From Sminthopsis crassicaudata (taxonomy: Eukaryota), in contig NC_133621.1 in the NCBI RefSeq assembly GCF_048593235.1, positions 29,389,254 to 29,453,253 of the forward strand: 64,000 nucleotides of DNA, read 5' to 3'. Shown here in pieces: positions 52,791 to 63,560 of this stretch. Numbering within the stretch: position 1 is the first letter of the stretch; the number at the start of each line of letters is the position of its first letter. The notes beneath the pieces are model-generated. The model did no database searches and was not told the origin of the DNA. It worked only from the letters and a program-made list of their open reading frames with translations. The position numbers and the translations under genes were made by a program.

Positions 52791-53949
52791 CCCAAGTAAT
52801 TGTGAGCAACGATAAGGTGAGGGCCAAAATCCATAATTACATTGATAGAAGAAAATGCTGAGTGGGGAAGCTACCTCTACCAATGAAGGTTAGTATCTTC
52901 TACAATTGGTAGTCTTAAAGATTTGGGGGGCAATGAGAAGCTAAGATACTTCTCAGAATCACACAGAATCATGCAGTGTCAGAAATATAGATTCCTAGAT
53001 GTCCTGTTCTCTTTCTAACATGCTCTATGTCCTCTCAGAAATTTGAGCTATTATATTATTATTAATAATACATTTTAGCTGCTTTAAGAACTGTATACAT
53101 AGATACATTGGGCAAAAGATGGACACCACAAATTATGACTGAGAAAAAGGACTAGGATCTCTTAGATAAAGAATGAGATACGGAATATCTTTGGTGGATT
53201 AGAGTGATTTTGTGAAAATGCCTTCTTGAGTAGTCTGTGGGAAGAGGGGAGAGATCTAATGCTTCCATTAAAATGTTATTCTATGTAGCATTTGATAAGA
53301 ACTTATACATCCAGCTTTCACATGGTTTAAAGGAAAAAAATACTTGATTTCGAATCAGAAAAACAGTTCAAATATTGGATGCTATTTAATCAATGTGACT
53401 TGAACAAGGTCATTAATCTTCTGAAACTAATGTGAAGTAGTTGTGGTGAGATGATTGAATTAGATCATTAAATCATAGAGTAAAGCTCTATCAGAAGCTA
53501 TCTAGTTAGTCCCTCATATTACAAAAAAGGAAACTGAGTCCTAGAGGAGTTAACTGATGTACTCAATGCTGCACTGGTTGTTAGTTACTGAGATAGGATA
53601 ATTTGAACTCATTCCAAATTTCAAGATCTTTTAACTGAGTGGAACTGCATCTCTGATAACTACTAAGATTCATTTAACCTATGAACCCTAGGATCTAAGT
53701 ATTTCTGTTTTGTTTTCTCCATCAAAAATAGTGGATTAGAGGTAGTAGCCCAGCTGAAGTCTTTCAATATTCTCCTAGAAACAACTTTAAAATAACTCCT
53801 CAACTCAAATTATAGAGCAGCAGAGATTCCTTTTCTCTGTAAGACAATTTAGGAAGTCAACAGAATAGACCTATGGCCCTGAGGAGGAGAACTGTCCCAA
53901 GCATACACAAATGGCAAGATCAACAGTGGCAATAGCATCTTCAGGATGC

Positions 53950-54445
53950 TCATCAATTTGATGAACATGTTATAGAATATGGTTTTGAAGTAAAAATATT
54001 GTTAGAAATGATGAGGGAGAAAAATTCAGAGAAACCTAAGAAGATCTAGATGAACTAATATAATATGCAATGAAGAGAACTAGAAGATCATTGTACATAG
54101 TGAAAGCAGTATTATGATAATGCTCAAATGTAAAAGATTTGGCTATTCTGATTAATGAAGTGATACAACACAATTCCAGAGGACTGATAATGAAAAAATG
54201 CTATCTATCTCCGGAAAGACAACTGGCGAAACCTGAGTTCAAATTGAAGTATAATTTCCCCCCTTTTTTTTGGAATATAGCTAATATGAAAATGTTTTAC
54301 ATGATTTCACATGAATAATTTATATCATATTGCTTACCTTCTCAGTGAATATATAATAGGGTGGGGGGATATGAGATTATTTTGAACTCAAAAGATAAAA
54401 AGAAAAGAATGCTAATGAATAAATAAATAATAGATAAAAATAAAC
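53950..54445 (+). mobile_element. Old sense L1 3' end with A-rich tail
   Basis: GTTAGAAATGATGAG...TTCAGAGAAACCTAAGAAGATCTAGATGAACTAAT...GAAGAGAACTAGAAGATCATTGTACATAGT...AATAAATAAATAA. Confidence 0.8.
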
Positions 54446-54814
54446 ATGCATAGTCCAGAGGGAAAAATAAGAAAAAGAAATAATTCCTACCTACAGGGAA
54501 ATGATATAAAAAAGAAGTTCAGAAAGATTGAGGCAAAGATGGATCATCTTTGTGCTCCAGTTCTAATAATCAATGGACAATTGAAAAATAAAATTAAAAA
54601 ATTGAGTTGATTGTTAAAGTTCTTATGGTGAATTACTGAATACCGTGTTTCCCCGATAATAAGACCTATCCTGAAAATAAGACACCCACATACTCTTTAA
54701 TATTCCGCTAAAATAAGCCCTCCCCCGAAAATAAGCCCTATCGAACTTACTATGAAAACGGTCATCATGGTGATCCCCTGCGCTATATGCTGTGTAGCGG
54801 TACCTTCAGTAAGC

Positions 54815-54988
54815 AGCGCCGCCCTCCCCTCCCGGGTGAAACGCACGTCGCGCTCCGAGCTGCATCCAATCAGAGCTGCAGCAGTGAGCGCGTCATCCTC
54901 TTCTTCCCTGGTGATTTGCTTGCTGGCGCTACTGAGAGCAGCGCCGCGGAGTAGAGCTGAGACAGGACCATCTAAAAACTCGGTAAGT
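54815..54988 (+). promoter_or_regulatory. Promoter-like cassette in the MITE: GC-box-like tract, GCACGT, CCAATCAG, then splice donor
   Basis: CGCCGCCCTCCCCTCCC near 54817-54833, GCACGT at 54843-54848, CCAATCAG at 54866-54873, CG|GTAAGT with GT at 54983-54984. Motifs only; no activity data. Confidence 0.4.
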
Positions 54989-55022
54989 TCAGTAAGCGAT
55001 GGAGAATAAAATAAGCACTCAG

Positions 55023-55148
55023 GGGGCATGATGGAGGCTAAAAGGGGCATGATGGAGGCTAAAATGGGCATGATGGAGGATAAAAGGGGCATGATGGAGG
55101 CTAAAATGGGCATGATGGAGGATAAAAGGGGCATGATGGAGGATAAAA
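55023..55148 (+). repeat. Six-copy 21-bp minisatellite inside the MITE
   Basis: Units (G/T)GGGCATGATGGAGG(C/A)TAAAA start at 55023, 55044, 55065, 55086, 55107 and 55128. Confidence 0.97.
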
Positions 55149-56799
55149 TAAGCCCTCCCCTGAAAATAAGCCCTCTGGTGTTTTTTAGTCCCAAAAAATA
55201 ATAAGACAGTGTCTTATTATCGGGGAAACACGGTAGTTATACTAATTTAGTAAAATGATAGTAAAATGTTGAATAATAGAGTTAATTTGGATTTAGACTT
55301 TGGGAGAATTTATGATATATTTCCTAAGCACACTATTGCTGATGATTGGTAAAGGTAGCTTACAAATAAAATTAATGATAGAGAAAATGTCTCCTTGGAA
55401 TCAATTTAATTCAGTTCTACAAAACATTTATTATCTACTTGCTATGTGCAAGGCATTTACCTAGTTGCTAAAGATATGAAGATGAAAAATGGCAAAACCC
55501 TTGCTTTAAGAGGAAGTAAAATTTAAAATATATATATAGATTTAAAATTACAGATTCTGAATTCAAATCATGCTTTAACCCTCGTGGGACCTTGAGAAAG
55601 GTACCTATCTTCTCCACACCTTAGTTTCACTGTCAATGAAATGCAATGAAGTAGGATAATGCTATTAAAGGCCCTCTCAGATTGAGATTCCATGATTCTG
55701 TGATGGATGTTAAGAGTAAAGGATATCATGATGTACAAAAAGATGTTACAAATAATTTAATGCACACAATGAGGAGACAGTCACATTTCACTGAGGGGAA
55801 TCAACAAAGATTTCATGTAGGAGACCATTCTTGAGACAGATTAAAAAAAAAAAAAGCCTTGGTCAAGGGAAAAAGGAAGTAACAATGGATAGTTGGGAGG
55901 AAATGCAATACACACTGGGGAATGAATGGTAGAGTATGTTGAAATTGAGGAGTATGGGTAGGAAAATTTGGCATCTCAAGTTAAAAAGTTAGACTACATC
56001 CAGTGGAAAAACTTTGAATGCCATTCAGTAAAAATTTAAATTCCTCCAAGGTGCTCAGAATCTTGACATAGATAATCCCCATGTAGAAAACCATGTTTCT
56101 GCTATTATTCACATAGGTCTTTTATTTCCAAAATAAATATCTCTTCATGCTAATCAGGTAGGCCAGTGTCTATTATTTTTGCCTAAACAGATGGAGAAAA
56201 TTGTTCTTTGGGGGTGTATATTTTGAAGAAATGAAAATGTAAAGACTGGAAGAATTCACGTTGGTTTCCTAGAGGAAACCAGTAAAATTGCTGTAAGCAA
56301 AACTATTAAATGCTTCAAATTTTCATTTCATTGCTTATGCTGAAATAGCTATGGTCTCTTACTGAGAGACAACCACCATCTAGAGTGATTTTTAAAGAAC
56401 CATTTGTCATCATTAAAAGGAATACATTTACCCTAATTTCTGAATGTTCTTAGGATGAAAATGTAGCCCCAGTTGTGCTATATCTGCATTTGTGTAGGCA
56501 TCAAATGGGAAATGTGATTAAGACACTAAAATATTTTTAAAATGTATGATAAAATGTGCAAGACTGAACTTGGTTTGACTCTGGATCTATCATTAGTTAA
56601 GTGTATAAGCTGGAGTTAGTTATTTATCTTTTTTTGAGAATTAGCCTCCTCATCTGTAAAACATGGATAGAAATAGAATTGTAACAGAGAGTCACTGAAA
56701 AGTAGACAAAGTTTATTCCACAATCTATCCACCCTTGCAAATGGGTATCTCTCCTCCCAAATATGTAAAATCTTAATACTGTTAGCTATATGGCAAAAA

Positions 56800-56885
56800 A
56801 AGGAAGAAGAAAAAGAGGAGGAAGGAAAGGAAGAAGAGGAGAAAAAGAGAAGGAAAAAGGGAATGGGAGAAGGAAGGAAGAAAAA
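56800..56885. repeat. Polypurine (GA-rich) tract
   Basis: Read directly. Confidence 0.85.
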
Positions 56886-57482
56886 AAGCTCTCAAAATAT
56901 TATGATTTCAATGCAGATTGTAATTTTTTTTCTCACCCAAACCTGAGGAAGTGAATGAAATTATTATTCCTATTTTACAGATGAGGAAACTGAGGCACCA
57001 ACCATCTATATGAGGTTCCTAGGATATGTGTCTCATGCTGAACCTGAAAAGAGGAATTACTTACTCCAATTCCATTTCCTCTATTATATGAGCCAATTGG
57101 ATATTTAAAAATATCCTGGATCTTGTTTACATCCCTTTCCCTATCAAAACTTTTTAATTCTATTCCATTCTTTTAGACTTCCATTGTGTGCTATTTGATT
57201 GCTACTTAATAACACAACCTTGCTTTGCTTCTTCAAAGATCCAGGATTTCTTATAGGTCTTTAAAACCCTTTAAATGAATGATTGTAGGTGAAAATAGTT
57301 CACCATGTCTTGTGATGAGGCTCTTCAAATTTAGCTAGAATAAACCCCAGCAGTCTATCACTGATACTAGATTTATAGCTTTTTAAAATAGGTTGAAAGT
57401 TAAAGAACTTGTCTCTGCCAACATAACCTTTGAGGATCTGATAATTTCCTTTACTGCTGAGATCTCAAAAAAGAGTCACATA

Positions 57483-57720
57483 AGCTGGGTGGTACAGTGA
57501 CCAGCAATGGAGTCAGGAAGAACTGAGTTCAAATCTCTCATACACTTACTAGCTGAATGACTCTAAGCAAATCCCTTAACCCTATTTGCCTCAGTTTACT
57601 TATCCATAAATGAGCTAGAGAAAAAAAAAATGCCATATCACTTCAATACCTTTGTTAAAAAACAAAAATGAAAACAAAAAACCCAAATGTGGTCAGTCAC
57701 AACTAAAAATGACTGAACAC
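57483..57720 (+). mobile_element. MAR1-type SINE
   Basis: GCTGGGTGGTACAGTG...GGAGTCAGGAAGAACTGAGTTCAAATC...CCCTATTTGCCTCAGTTT...ATGAGCTAGAG...GACTGAACAC. Confidence 0.88.
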
Positions 57721-57884
57721 ATTCTGTTATATTGTGCCTCTCCCTTCCAATGTTATCTCTATGTCTATTTGGGATTTTTCTTTGATTCCAAATCTGTAAT
57801 TCCTTCTATCTCAGCACTCTTTCTCTCTCTGTATGTGCTCTTCCTCCTCTAGTTAATTTGAATGCATTAATTTCTTTTATTTTC

Positions 57885-57990
57885 TTTTTGGAGGCACCTG
57901 GAGTTAAATGACTTATCCAGGGTCACACAGCTACTGTCTGAGATTAGATTTTAATTCAGGTTCTCCTTGATCCCAAAGTTGGTGGGGCCC
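57885..57990 (-). mobile_element. WSINE1-type CORE-SINE fragment
   Basis: TTTTGGAGGCACCTGGAGTTAAATGACTTATCCAGGGTCACACAGCTA. Confidence 0.7.
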
Positions 57991-58074
57991 CTTCCACTGT
58001 ATCCCAATTTATATATTTCCTCTTGCCACTGAACGGACCCACATGGCTCCAGAGAAAAGAGTTAATTTTTTTGA

Positions 58075-58158
58075 CTTTGCACTTAGAGCCAATTCACTTG
58101 TAAGTCATGACATCACATACTTGATGTCTTGATCCTTGAATGAAACATAAATAACAAT
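58075..58158 (+). mobile_element. 3' end of RTE-associated SINE (same family as 801-965 and 58920-59375)
   Basis: CCAATTCACTTGTAAGTCATGACATCAC...TGATGTCTTGATCCTTGAATGAA...AATAACAA. Confidence 0.6.
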
Positions 58159-58209
58159 CTATGAGTAGGAAAAACTACCCCACCAAGGACCTATTTGGGT
58201 AGTTCCAAT

Positions 58210-58833
58210 NNNNNNNNNNNNNNNNNNNNNNNNNNNNNNNNNNNNNNNNNNNNNNNNNNNNNNNNNNNNNNNNNNNNNNNNNNNNNNNNNNNNNNNNNNN
58301 NNNNNNNNNNNNNNNNNNNNNNNNNNNNNNNNNNNNNNNNNNNNNNNNNNNNNNNNNNNNNNNNNNNNNNNNNNNNNNNNNNNNNNNNNNNNNNNNNNNN
58401 NNNNNNNNNNNNNNNNNNNNNNNNNNNNNNNNNNNNNNNNNNNNNNNNNNNNNNNNNNNNNNNNNNNNNNNNNNNNNNNNNNNNNNNNNNNNNNNNNNNN
58501 NNNNNNNNNNNNNNNNNNNNNNNNNNNNNNNNNNNNNNNNNNNNNNNNNNNNNNNNNNNNNNNNNNNNNNNNNNNNNNNNNNNNNNNNNNNNNNNNNNNN
58601 NNNNNNNNNNNNNNNNNNNNNNNNNNNNNNNNNNNNNNNNNNNNNNNNNNNNNNNNNNNNNNNNNNNNNNNNNNNNNNNNNNNNNNNNNNNNNNNNNNNN
58701 NNNNNNNNNNNNNNNNNNNNNNNNNNNNNNNNNNNNNNNNNNNNNNNNNNNNNNNNNNNNNNNNNNNNNNNNNNNNNNNNNNNNNNNNNNNNNNNNNNNN
58801 NNNNNNNNNNNNNNNNNNNNNNNNNNNNNNNNN
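58210..58833. other. Assembly gap
   Basis: Run of N. Confidence 1.
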
Positions 58834-58919
58834 AAGTTTGAGCACTGAAACCTCACAAGATATCTTGGGTTTACAGGTCATATTTCTTTTATTAAAAAAA
58901 AAAAAAAAACAACTTAAAT

Positions 58920-59375
58920 TCATATCACTCTTGCTCTCTTTCATTGGTCTACAATACATCCCATGTCAAGCTAAGCTCAGTCATTGTACTTTGTTGGCTC
59001 AAAGTGAGTGTTAATAGAATTTCTCACTTTTTTGGCCAGAAACCCTGGCCTATTGTCCTATTTTCCAGGGATGGATCTTCTTTTCTTTTTTAAATTAGGT
59101 AAAAGAGGCCATTCTTTGCCTCATTACTTAACTGCCCATAATCCCTGGTTGGGTCTTGCCTCAATCAAAATGAGCCCTAGGAAAGGTCTTGGCTATAAAA
59201 GGCTAAGGTATCTCACCGAATCTCTAGTCATCCTGAGCTATATCTGACTTTTGGATCCAGATGGCTCTAGAAAAGAAAGTGAGCCATTCCTCATTTTAAT
59301 CCCATTCACTTGCAAGTCATGGCATCTCCCTGATGTTGTGATCCTTCTTGAGAATGAAGGACAAAAATCAATAAC
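58920..59375 (+). mobile_element. RTE-associated SINE or RTE 3' region (WALLSI-like; family uncertain)
   Basis: GGCCAGAAACCCTG...AAAGAGGCCATTCTTTGCCTCA...GGATCCAGATGGCTCTAGAAAAGAAAGTGAG...CATTCACTTGCAAGTCATGGCATC...GAGAATGAAGGACAAA. Confidence 0.65.
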
Positions 59376-59766
59376 CATTGTGTGTCTATGTGTCTCTACC
59401 AATTCTTGTAGCTCTCTATCTTTCACCCTATCTCTCTATCCTTCTACCTATTTTTAAATAAGTTTTGTGGAAACTTATTTGTGGGAAACAATGAATTGAA
59501 AGGGACTTTTAAAAATTAATTGCAGTTCATATCCTAATCTAGATGTATGTAGGACTGTTATAGGTTAAAATATCCATTTGCTAATCAGTTTCCCCACTGA
59601 GGTGGAATCCCTCAAATGGAATGGTGGAATGGCCCCAAATCAGTAAGGGACTTTTTAAATAGTTCCTCAAATGTAATGGTCATTTTTTCTTGGTTGTCAT
59701 GTATCTTGGAGATTTAGAGCTAGCAGCTCATTCTTGAAGTTATTTTATTGTTTTAACACATTAAAT

Positions 59767-59906
59767 NNNNNNNNNNNNNNNNNNNNNNNNNNNNNNNNNN
59801 NNNNNNNNNNNNNNNNNNNNNNNNNNNNNNNNNNNNNNNNNNNNNNNNNNNNNNNNNNNNNNNNNNNNNNNNNNNNNNNNNNNNNNNNNNNNNNNNNNNN
59901 NNNNNN
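59767..59906. other. Assembly gap
   Basis: Run of N. Confidence 1.
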
Positions 59907-61009
59907 TTGTTAATACAGACCCAAGGGGACAACACTTGCTGATTTAAGCAGTTTGCAGCAACATTAACAATCATTTATTACATAAGAAGGGTATTTAAGA
60001 CCATTACCAAAATGGTGAAGGCTAATATCAATAAGCATAGGTATATTGAAGTTATATTATTGTATTTCAAAATGTTTTGGACTTCAAAGTGGCCAGCAGT
60101 AATGAGAGAACCTAGACAGGCAGGTACTTTGCTATTATTTCCTGAGTTTCTTTTAATTTCTAATCCAAAAGGATAACAATGCTATTAAAATTTGTATGGT
60201 CTCCAGAGGGTTATTGTGAGATTACAGCATGATGTTTAGGTAGTTATCTGGGCCCAGAAAGGAGAAATGACTTGTCCAGGATTAGTGGATGTTTGGTGTG
60301 GGGGTTAAATCTAAGTCTTCCTAAGTATAAACTCAGTACTCAACACTCTCTGAAAGTAATTATAAGACATGTAAAACATGTAACACAGATTGGAAATATA
60401 AATCTCAAAATGTATGCTTTTGTTGTAATTATTTATAATGTTTATGGTCTTACCATTATGGTATAAAATGATAATAATATTCATGGTATTAAAATGCCCC
60501 CTTGCATCATAGAGACCCAAGTTCTCCAAAACTTTATCAAAATAAAAGCTCCCTCAAGAATTCCTCCTCTGCTTGAAGTCTTCTAGTAATAGCACACTCA
60601 CTACGCAATGAAACAACATATTTCATTGTGAGACCACTGTAATTGGAAAAAACTTAATCATATGCCCATGGTCATGTTTACTATTCGTAAGGTAATTATT
60701 GTTCTGAGCTGTTTTTAAGATACCCATTTTAGGAAAACAAAATAAATAAATCACCAATGATTGATTTTCTGATGGGGAGGAAATAATATGATTTCAAACA
60801 TTTAGCTATTTTAGTGCCTTGTTAATTCTCAAGTTGCAGTTGGCTGGACATCTATTCATGTCTGTCTCCATAGTTAAATGCCTCTACGAGTTTATAGGAA
60901 ATTCTTTAGAATCTAGTTAATGTCCTTCTCCCAAATAAAAAAAAAAAAAAAAAAAAAAAAGAGGTTCAGAATATCCAAGATTTAAAGAGTTGCTTAGAAA
61001 AATGAAAGA

Positions 61010-61350
61010 GTAAATGACTCTTTAGTGTCAAACAGTGGGGATTTGTCCATCCAGAAGCTGTCACTAGATATTTCTTAAAGCTCCCTTTCGAAGTAATTCC
61101 TATCACTTTTAGATATTGCTAAGAGTGAAGAAGATTTTTTTCTTAAATCAAACCAAAATTGACCTTTTTTTTTTTTTAACTTCCATCCCTTGCCACAAGT
61201 TCTATTTTTTCAGTCTTCTACCATGTGACAATCCATTAGATAATTGATGACAGTTACCATGTCCCCAATGAGTCTTCTCTTTTTTCAGCTCAGCCTTTCC
61301 CAGTTCCTTCTAGTGATTCTTATGAAGTTCTCAAGGTTCTTTAGCATCAT
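61010..61350 (-). mobile_element. L3/CR1 fragment
   Basis: CCATGTGACAATCCATTAGATAATTGATGACAGTTACCATGTCCCCAATGAGTCTTCTCTTTTT. Confidence 0.65.
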
Positions 61351-62400
61351 GCTTACTCCTTGCTGATTATTTATTTGTCAGAAATCAATTAGATTAAAAT
61401 CAATTTTTCTTTTAAGGCATCTTTATAAACGATTTTATACAGTTTTAAATATTCTATGTTCCCAATCAATATTGGGCATCCCTAGATTAGAGGATCAAAT
61501 GGTAATTTCTTTCTATTAAATTAATAACTAATTTATTAGCAAGTGATCATTTATCGATTTTTATCTTCTTGTTATTCTCTGAGCAACATATTCTTAAATA
61601 TGACCCATACTAGTAGCCCTGACCAACAAGCAATATGATAAGAGAAATGTCAATTAAAAAATATCTAGGTTAAGTGATTAGTTTAAGTGAATTTAATTAA
61701 TCACTAATTACAATGTCAGAGGACTCTAGACATGAAGATTACTTATGTGCATACACACATGCACACATACACACTCATACATGAAAACATGAATACCAAT
61801 CCATTTGTTGTGCAGATCAAGTCCATATAGGACAGTATTTCCCAAACTCTAGGATATTGAGTCCCTTCCTTCTTAATTACCGTTGTCTCTGTAGGATGGG
61901 GGGAGATTTTTCACCCTGTATCACACTATTCTTCCTGTCTGCTCAGAGGACATTAGGGAAATTTCATGGTGCTTAGCACTGGCAAGGCAGCTGGTAGGGA
62001 TGTAAATCATTATTTGTAGACTGTGATGAAGTTCAGGAACAAAGGTATTTTTTAACAACTACAGTTCTGTGGGACAGATTTATTAATAGAATAATCAGCC
62101 TACTCATGAATTGAAGGCCAGGCAGAGAAAAACATCAAAGGGAAGACTACTAAAGGTTTATATAGAAGTGGCAGGTCTTGATTTCCTTTCTTAATAGAAA
62201 GTGTTTTCTCTACTAAAACTTTGGGGGATTAATTTTCAGTGAATAGTCAGTAGAAGAAATTGTCTAATGATGTGTAAAAATTGCTTTCCCTTGATTTTTA
62301 TGAATAACTTTAATTTGGGAAGTTCACTTTTAAAGTAAAAATTGATGGGTATTTCAAAGGATAGGCCATTGGGACCTGCAGTTTGAAAGACATGTATTCA

Positions 62401-62917
62401 CTTTTTATTATAGCTTTTTATTTACAAAACATGCATGGGTAATTTTTCAACATTGACCCTTGCAAAACCTTCTGTTCCAACTTTTCCTCTCCTTCCCCCC
62501 ATCCCCTCCCCTAGATGGAAGGTAATTCAATGCATGTTAAATGTGTTAAATCCAATATATGTATACATATTTATACAGTTATTATGCTACACAAGAAAAA
62601 TCGGATCTAGAAAGAAAGAAAAAAAAACCTGTGAAGGAAAACAAAAATGCAAGCAAACCATAATAGAAATAGTGGAAATGCTATGCTTGTAGTCCACACT
62701 CATTTCCTATATTTCTTTCTCTGGGTGTAGCTGATTCTCTTCTTTACTGAACAATTGGGACTGACTCCAGTCATCTCATTGTTGAGGAAAGCCATATCCA
62801 TCAGAGTTGATCATCGCATAATCTTGTTGCCATGTATAATGATCAGTTCACTCAGCATCAGTTCATGTAAATCTCTTGAAATCATCCTGCCCGTCATTTC
62901 TTACAGAACAATAATAT
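62401..62917 (-). mobile_element. Younger dasyurid-type L1 3' end inserted into a MIR
   Basis: Same terminal sequence as the 48556 copy. Probable decayed TSD ACATGTATTC (62390-62399) / ACATGCATTT (62922-62931); the right copy is followed by AAA, fitting the L1 endonuclease TTT/AA target. MIR head lies to the left and MIR body continues 62930-63110. Confidence 0.9.
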
Positions 62918-63224
62918 GAGTACATGCATTTAAATCTAGCTTCAGTAGTTGTGTGATCCTTGGTAGGTCCCTCAATATCTGCCTGCCTAAGTTCCCTCTA
63001 TGGTAAAATCCATGTGATAATACCACTTAACTCTCATGGTTATTGTAAAAAGAAAATGAGATACTTGCAAAGTACTTTGTAAACCTTATAGCACTATATA
63101 CATGCTTGTTATTATTGCTAATTATTATTAACATGAATAACAGCATTACTTGTGAAACAAAAGTTCATGGGATCTTTGGAGATTCAAATACAAGAGCAGA
63201 TAGAATGTATTTTATTATTCATTC

Positions 63225-63560
63225 AAAGGCAACATGAAATAGTGAATCATTAAGCCTTCAATGAGTTCTGTTTGTGTGCCTGGCACAGTGCTAAGTGATG
63301 GCAAAAACATGGTCCTTACCCTCAAAGAGTACACATTCTAATAGAGAAAGTAATAAGTAGATATCTAGATCCATACAAAATAGTATGATTCTGGGTATAT
63401 GGAAAGAAATTTCATTGGGGATAATACAAGCAGCTGGTGACTGGGAAAGGCCTCTGCAGGAAATGGGATTTGAGACGAGTGCTGAAGGAAGCCAGAGAAT
63501 CTAAAAGGTAGGGGTAAGAGAAAAATATTCCAAGCATAAGGACATTATATCCTAAGACAT
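63225..63560 (-). mobile_element. L2 3' end
   Basis: GTGTGCCTGGCACAGTGCTAAGTGATGG...GGTCCTTACCCTCAAAGAGTACACATTCTAATAG...GGGAAAGGCCTCTGCAGGAAATGGGATTTGAG. Confidence 0.75.

Larger units (their letters stand above)
54643..55233. mobile_element. Non-autonomous Tc1/mariner-superfamily DNA transposon (Tc2/pogo-like MITE), 591 bp
   Basis: Perfect 23-bp TIRs CCGTGTTTCCCCGATAATAAGAC (54643-54665) and GTCTTATTATCGGGGAAACACGG (55211-55233), flanked by TA at 54641-54642 and 55234-55235. CCGT termini with a TA duplication are typical of Tc2-type elements. No transposase ORF. Confidence 0.93.

Noticed and set aside
54752-55009. 85-aa plus-strand ORF with a signal-peptide-like start (MKTVIMVIPCAICCVAV)
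   Set aside because: No recognisable homology; stop-poor GC-rich DNA readily gives ORFs this long. Would need ribosome-profiling or family-level frame conservation.
55023-55148. CRISPR-like array
   Set aside because: Contiguous units with no unique spacers, in a mammalian intron; it is a minisatellite.
54697-55194. 165-aa minus-strand ORF spanning the MITE interior
   Set aside because: Starts at TTG, not ATG. Its length is explained by GC-rich sequence and a 21-bp (frame-preserving) array. No transposase or other recognisable motif.
59470-59660. TGTGGGAA, GGAATG and GGGACTTT motif cluster
   Set aside because: Short motifs only; cannot be distinguished from background without conservation or chromatin data.
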